In this document: one piece after another, positions 62,074 to 64,000 of the stretch
How the letters are laid out: every line of letters starts with the position of its first letter
Numbering within the stretch: position 1 is the first letter of the stretch
Source of the DNA: an uncultured Gammaproteobacteria bacterium
GTDB lineage: Bacteria; Patescibacteriota; Microgenomatia; UBA8517
Length of the DNA stretch: 64,000 nucleotides
Assembly: GCA_964583105.1 (NCBI GenBank)
Contig: CAZOUV010000004.1
Location: 2,996 to 66,995 of the forward strand
Direction of reading: 5' to 3'
The notes under the pieces: model-generated
What the model was told of the DNA's origin: nothing
Seen by the model: only the letters and a program-made list of their open reading frames with translations
The model's database searches: none
Position numbers and translations under genes: made by a program

Positions 62074-63382
62074 TTTTATTCTCTCTGTTTAGTAAAGATG
62101 TAATAATACCAATATTTCCTTTGCCGTTTAATTTTTTCTGAATAACTCCTACTAAATATCCAAATATTTGTGTTTTCCCGTTTTTATACTCCTCATAAAC
62201 CGCTGAATTTTCAGCCAGAACCTCTTTAAACGCTTTTTGTGTCTCCTCCTCTGAGGAATAGGAGATATTTAATGTTTTTAATATTTTTGCTGCAAGACCT
62301 TGTGGTTCTTCATAATCTTTATCCATCTTTTTATTTATGATTAAATCGGCAACTATTTTGGGACTAACGTCTTTTGATAATTCAACCACCTTTTCAAAAT
62401 ACTCCGCCCTTTTACTGTCTGTCACTAGAATTTCTACATAATCGACGGGTAATTGATAGCTATTTTTAAACCGCAATCTTTTTTCTTGAGGTAATTCGGG
62501 AATATTTTTACTTAAAGTTTCTATTTTATTTTGATCAATTCTTATAGGAGGAATATCCGGTTCAGGAAAATATCGATAATCTTTGGCCTCTTCTTTTATT
62601 CTTTGACTAAAAGTTTTAGCGGAACTTTCATCATAACCTCTTGTTTCCTGAATTATTTTCTTACCTTCTGATAAAATTTCTTTTTGTCTCTCAATTTCTG
62701 AATTTATTGCCTTACTCAAAAATTTAAATGAGTTAATGTTTTTAAGTTCGACTTTATATTCCGGTAATCTTTCATCGGAAGATAATGATATATTAGCTTC
62801 CAGTCTCATCGAACCCTTTTCCATATCAGCATTTGAAATATTTAAATACCTTGCAATCAGCTGAACTTCCTTTAAAAAATTAACAACAGATTCGGAATCA
62901 TGAAAATCCGGTTCCGTAACAAGTTCCATCAATGCAACACCAGATCGGTTAAAATCTATAAGGGTTTTTCCTGATTGATGAACTAGCTTGGCAGTATCTT
63001 CTTCCAAATGAATTCTACGTATTGAAATTTTATTACTACCTTTTTTTGCTTTATAAAATCCATTAATACAGAGTGGAAGATCATACTGGGATATTTGATA
63101 ACCCTTAGGTAAATCAGGATAAAAATAATGTTTTCTATCAAATTTTGAAAAATTATTTATTTGGCAATTAAAAGAAAGTCCAAACATAATTACATATTCA
63201 ATTGCTTTTTCATTTGCGTAAGGCAAAGCTCCCGGAAGCCCGAGGCATACTGGACAAGTAAGAGTGTTGGGGGGCTTTCCAAAATGATCGGATGAACAAC
63301 TGCAAAACATTTTAGATTTAGTTTTAAGTTCAATATGGACTTCCAAACCAATGATCGGAATATATTTATTTTGATCAATCAT
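62066..63382 (-). CDS. gatB: Asp/Glu-tRNA(Asn/Gln) amidotransferase subunit B (short form)
   Basis: N-terminus [23 protein letters not shown] and central GatB catalytic region. 438 aa. Overlaps dnaE by 8 nt. Confidence 0.85.
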   Translation of the reverse strand: MIDQNKYIPIIGLEVHIELKTKSKMFCSCSSDHFGKPPNTLTCPVCLGLPGALPYANEKAIEYVIMFGLSFNCQINNFSKFDRKHYFYPDLPKGYQISQYDLPLCINGFYKAKKGSNKISIRRIHLEEDTAKLVHQSGKTLIDFNRSGVALMELVTEPDFHDSESVVNFLKEVQLIARYLNISNADMEKGSMRLEANISLSSDERLPEYKVELKNINSFKFLSKAINSEIERQKEILSEGKKIIQETRGYDESSAKTFSQRIKEEAKDYRYFPEPDIPPIRIDQNKIETLSKNIPELPQEKRLRFKNSYQLPVDYVEILVTDSKRAEYFEKVVELSKDVSPKIVADLIINKKMDKDYEEPQGLAAKILKTLNISYSSEEETQKAFKEVLAENSAVYEEYKNGKTQIFGYLVGVIQKKLNGKGNIGIITSLLNRENKNE

Positions 63383-63384
63383 TT

Positions 63385-64000
63385 TTAATTCCCTGATAAA
63401 AATCTGTCCCCGTATCTTTTGGAAAAAAAGTAAATTGAAATAGAAACTGCCGAAATAACAAACAAGAAAAATTTGACTCCTAGAATTTCAACAATACTTC
63501 CGGAAAATAATACGGGTAATACCGAAGCAACAGTGACCAAAAACCAAAAATTCCCAAATACTCTCCCCCTTAAGTCTGTTGGAGTTTTTTCTTGAATAAA
63601 GGTTTGTGAAGGCACAACCACACCAATAAAGGTAAAACCAAGCATGAGTAAGGATATGAAAGATAATATTACTTTAAGATAATAAGGTAGTAAAGGAATC
63701 AAAAATGTAAAAGTAAAAATTATAGTCCCTATACTAATTAGTGAATTTTCAATAACTTTCTTCTTTCTCCAACCTTTACTAAGTAATTTAGGAAGATTAA
63801 GTGCTCCGATAATTGCCCCCATTCCTGCAGGAACCAAAAGATATAACCCTGCCGCATTTAACGGAATAGATAGTAAATCTTTTGCAATTATTGGAACCTC
63901 TACTACCGAAACCTGTAAAGCTACATGAAAACCTATAAGAAGAAGAACCGGAGTTAAAACCTTTCTTTCATTTTTGATAAATTTATAACCTCCGAAAACA
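63385..64000 (-). CDS. MFS-type transporter, 3' part (gene continues beyond window end)
   Basis: Hydrophobic helices throughout. The frame stays open upstream of the annotated TTG (63837) to position 64000 with further TM segments (...[10 protein letters not shown]). Confidence 0.5.
   Translation of the reverse strand, partial: VFGGYKFIKNERKVLTPVLLLIGFHVALQVSVVEVPIIAKDLLSIPLNAAGLYLLVPAGMGAIIGALNLPKLLSKGWRKKKVIENSLISIGTIIFTFTFLIPLLPYYLKVILSFISLLMLGFTFIGVVVPSQTFIQEKTPTDLRGRVFGNFWFLVTVASVLPVLFSGSIVEILGVKFFLFVISAVSISIYFFSKRYGDRFLSGN

Noticed and set aside
1-64000. Search for rRNA genes, group I/II introns, retron or DGR reverse transcriptases
   Set aside because: No rRNA-like conserved stretches, no RT motifs (YxDD) in any ORF, no intron-like structured gaps noticed.

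Overview
This is a low-GC, gene-dense bacterial window that looks like CPR/Patescibacteria. Evidence for that: UvrC and GatB are shorter than canonical, PGI/PMI and the DRG GTPase are archaeal-type, promoters are near-consensus sigma70, and tRNA-His carries an encoded G-1. There is no rRNA and no CRISPR. The window falls into three blocks. (i) 1-13.7 kb is housekeeping: pyrG, a DRG-family GTPase, GNAT, a Ddl-like ATP-grasp protein, a DUF134 regulator, an HD hydrolase, a LytR_C protein and tRNAs Lys-CTT, Arg-TCG, Leu-TAA, Pro-TGG, Gly-TCC and His-GTG. (ii) 13.7-36.1 kb is accessory DNA that begins exactly at the 3' end of tRNA-His. It holds an integrated element with a large serine recombinase (apparently frameshifted) and a P-loop plus primase-zinc-finger replication module. 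Next comes a block of membrane and secreted proteins, including an orphan FtsK gamma+alpha-domain protein, then a minimal 181-aa tyrosine recombinase. The most striking structure is six direct copies of a conserved ~81-bp repeat (29890-34605). They separate single-gene cassettes: a DMT transporter, a stand-alone C39-like peptidase, a DUF4143-type ATPase and small hypotheticals. This is an integron-like, recombination-site-punctuated cassette array that I cannot assign to any described system. A second stand-alone C39-like peptidase and a Cys-rich small protein flank the array. (iii) 36.1-64 kb is core genes, nearly all on the minus strand: an SBP family-5 protein, secG, a DUF360 membrane protein, uvrC, a transglutaminase-like secreted protein, uvrA, uvrB, lexA(+), dedA(+), gpmI, eno, a ppsA-like gene, pgi/pmi, a phosphohexomutase, a holA-like gene, a DUF45 metallopeptidase, ruvC, a SurA_N protein, rplS, dnaE, gatB and an MFS transporter that runs off the window end.
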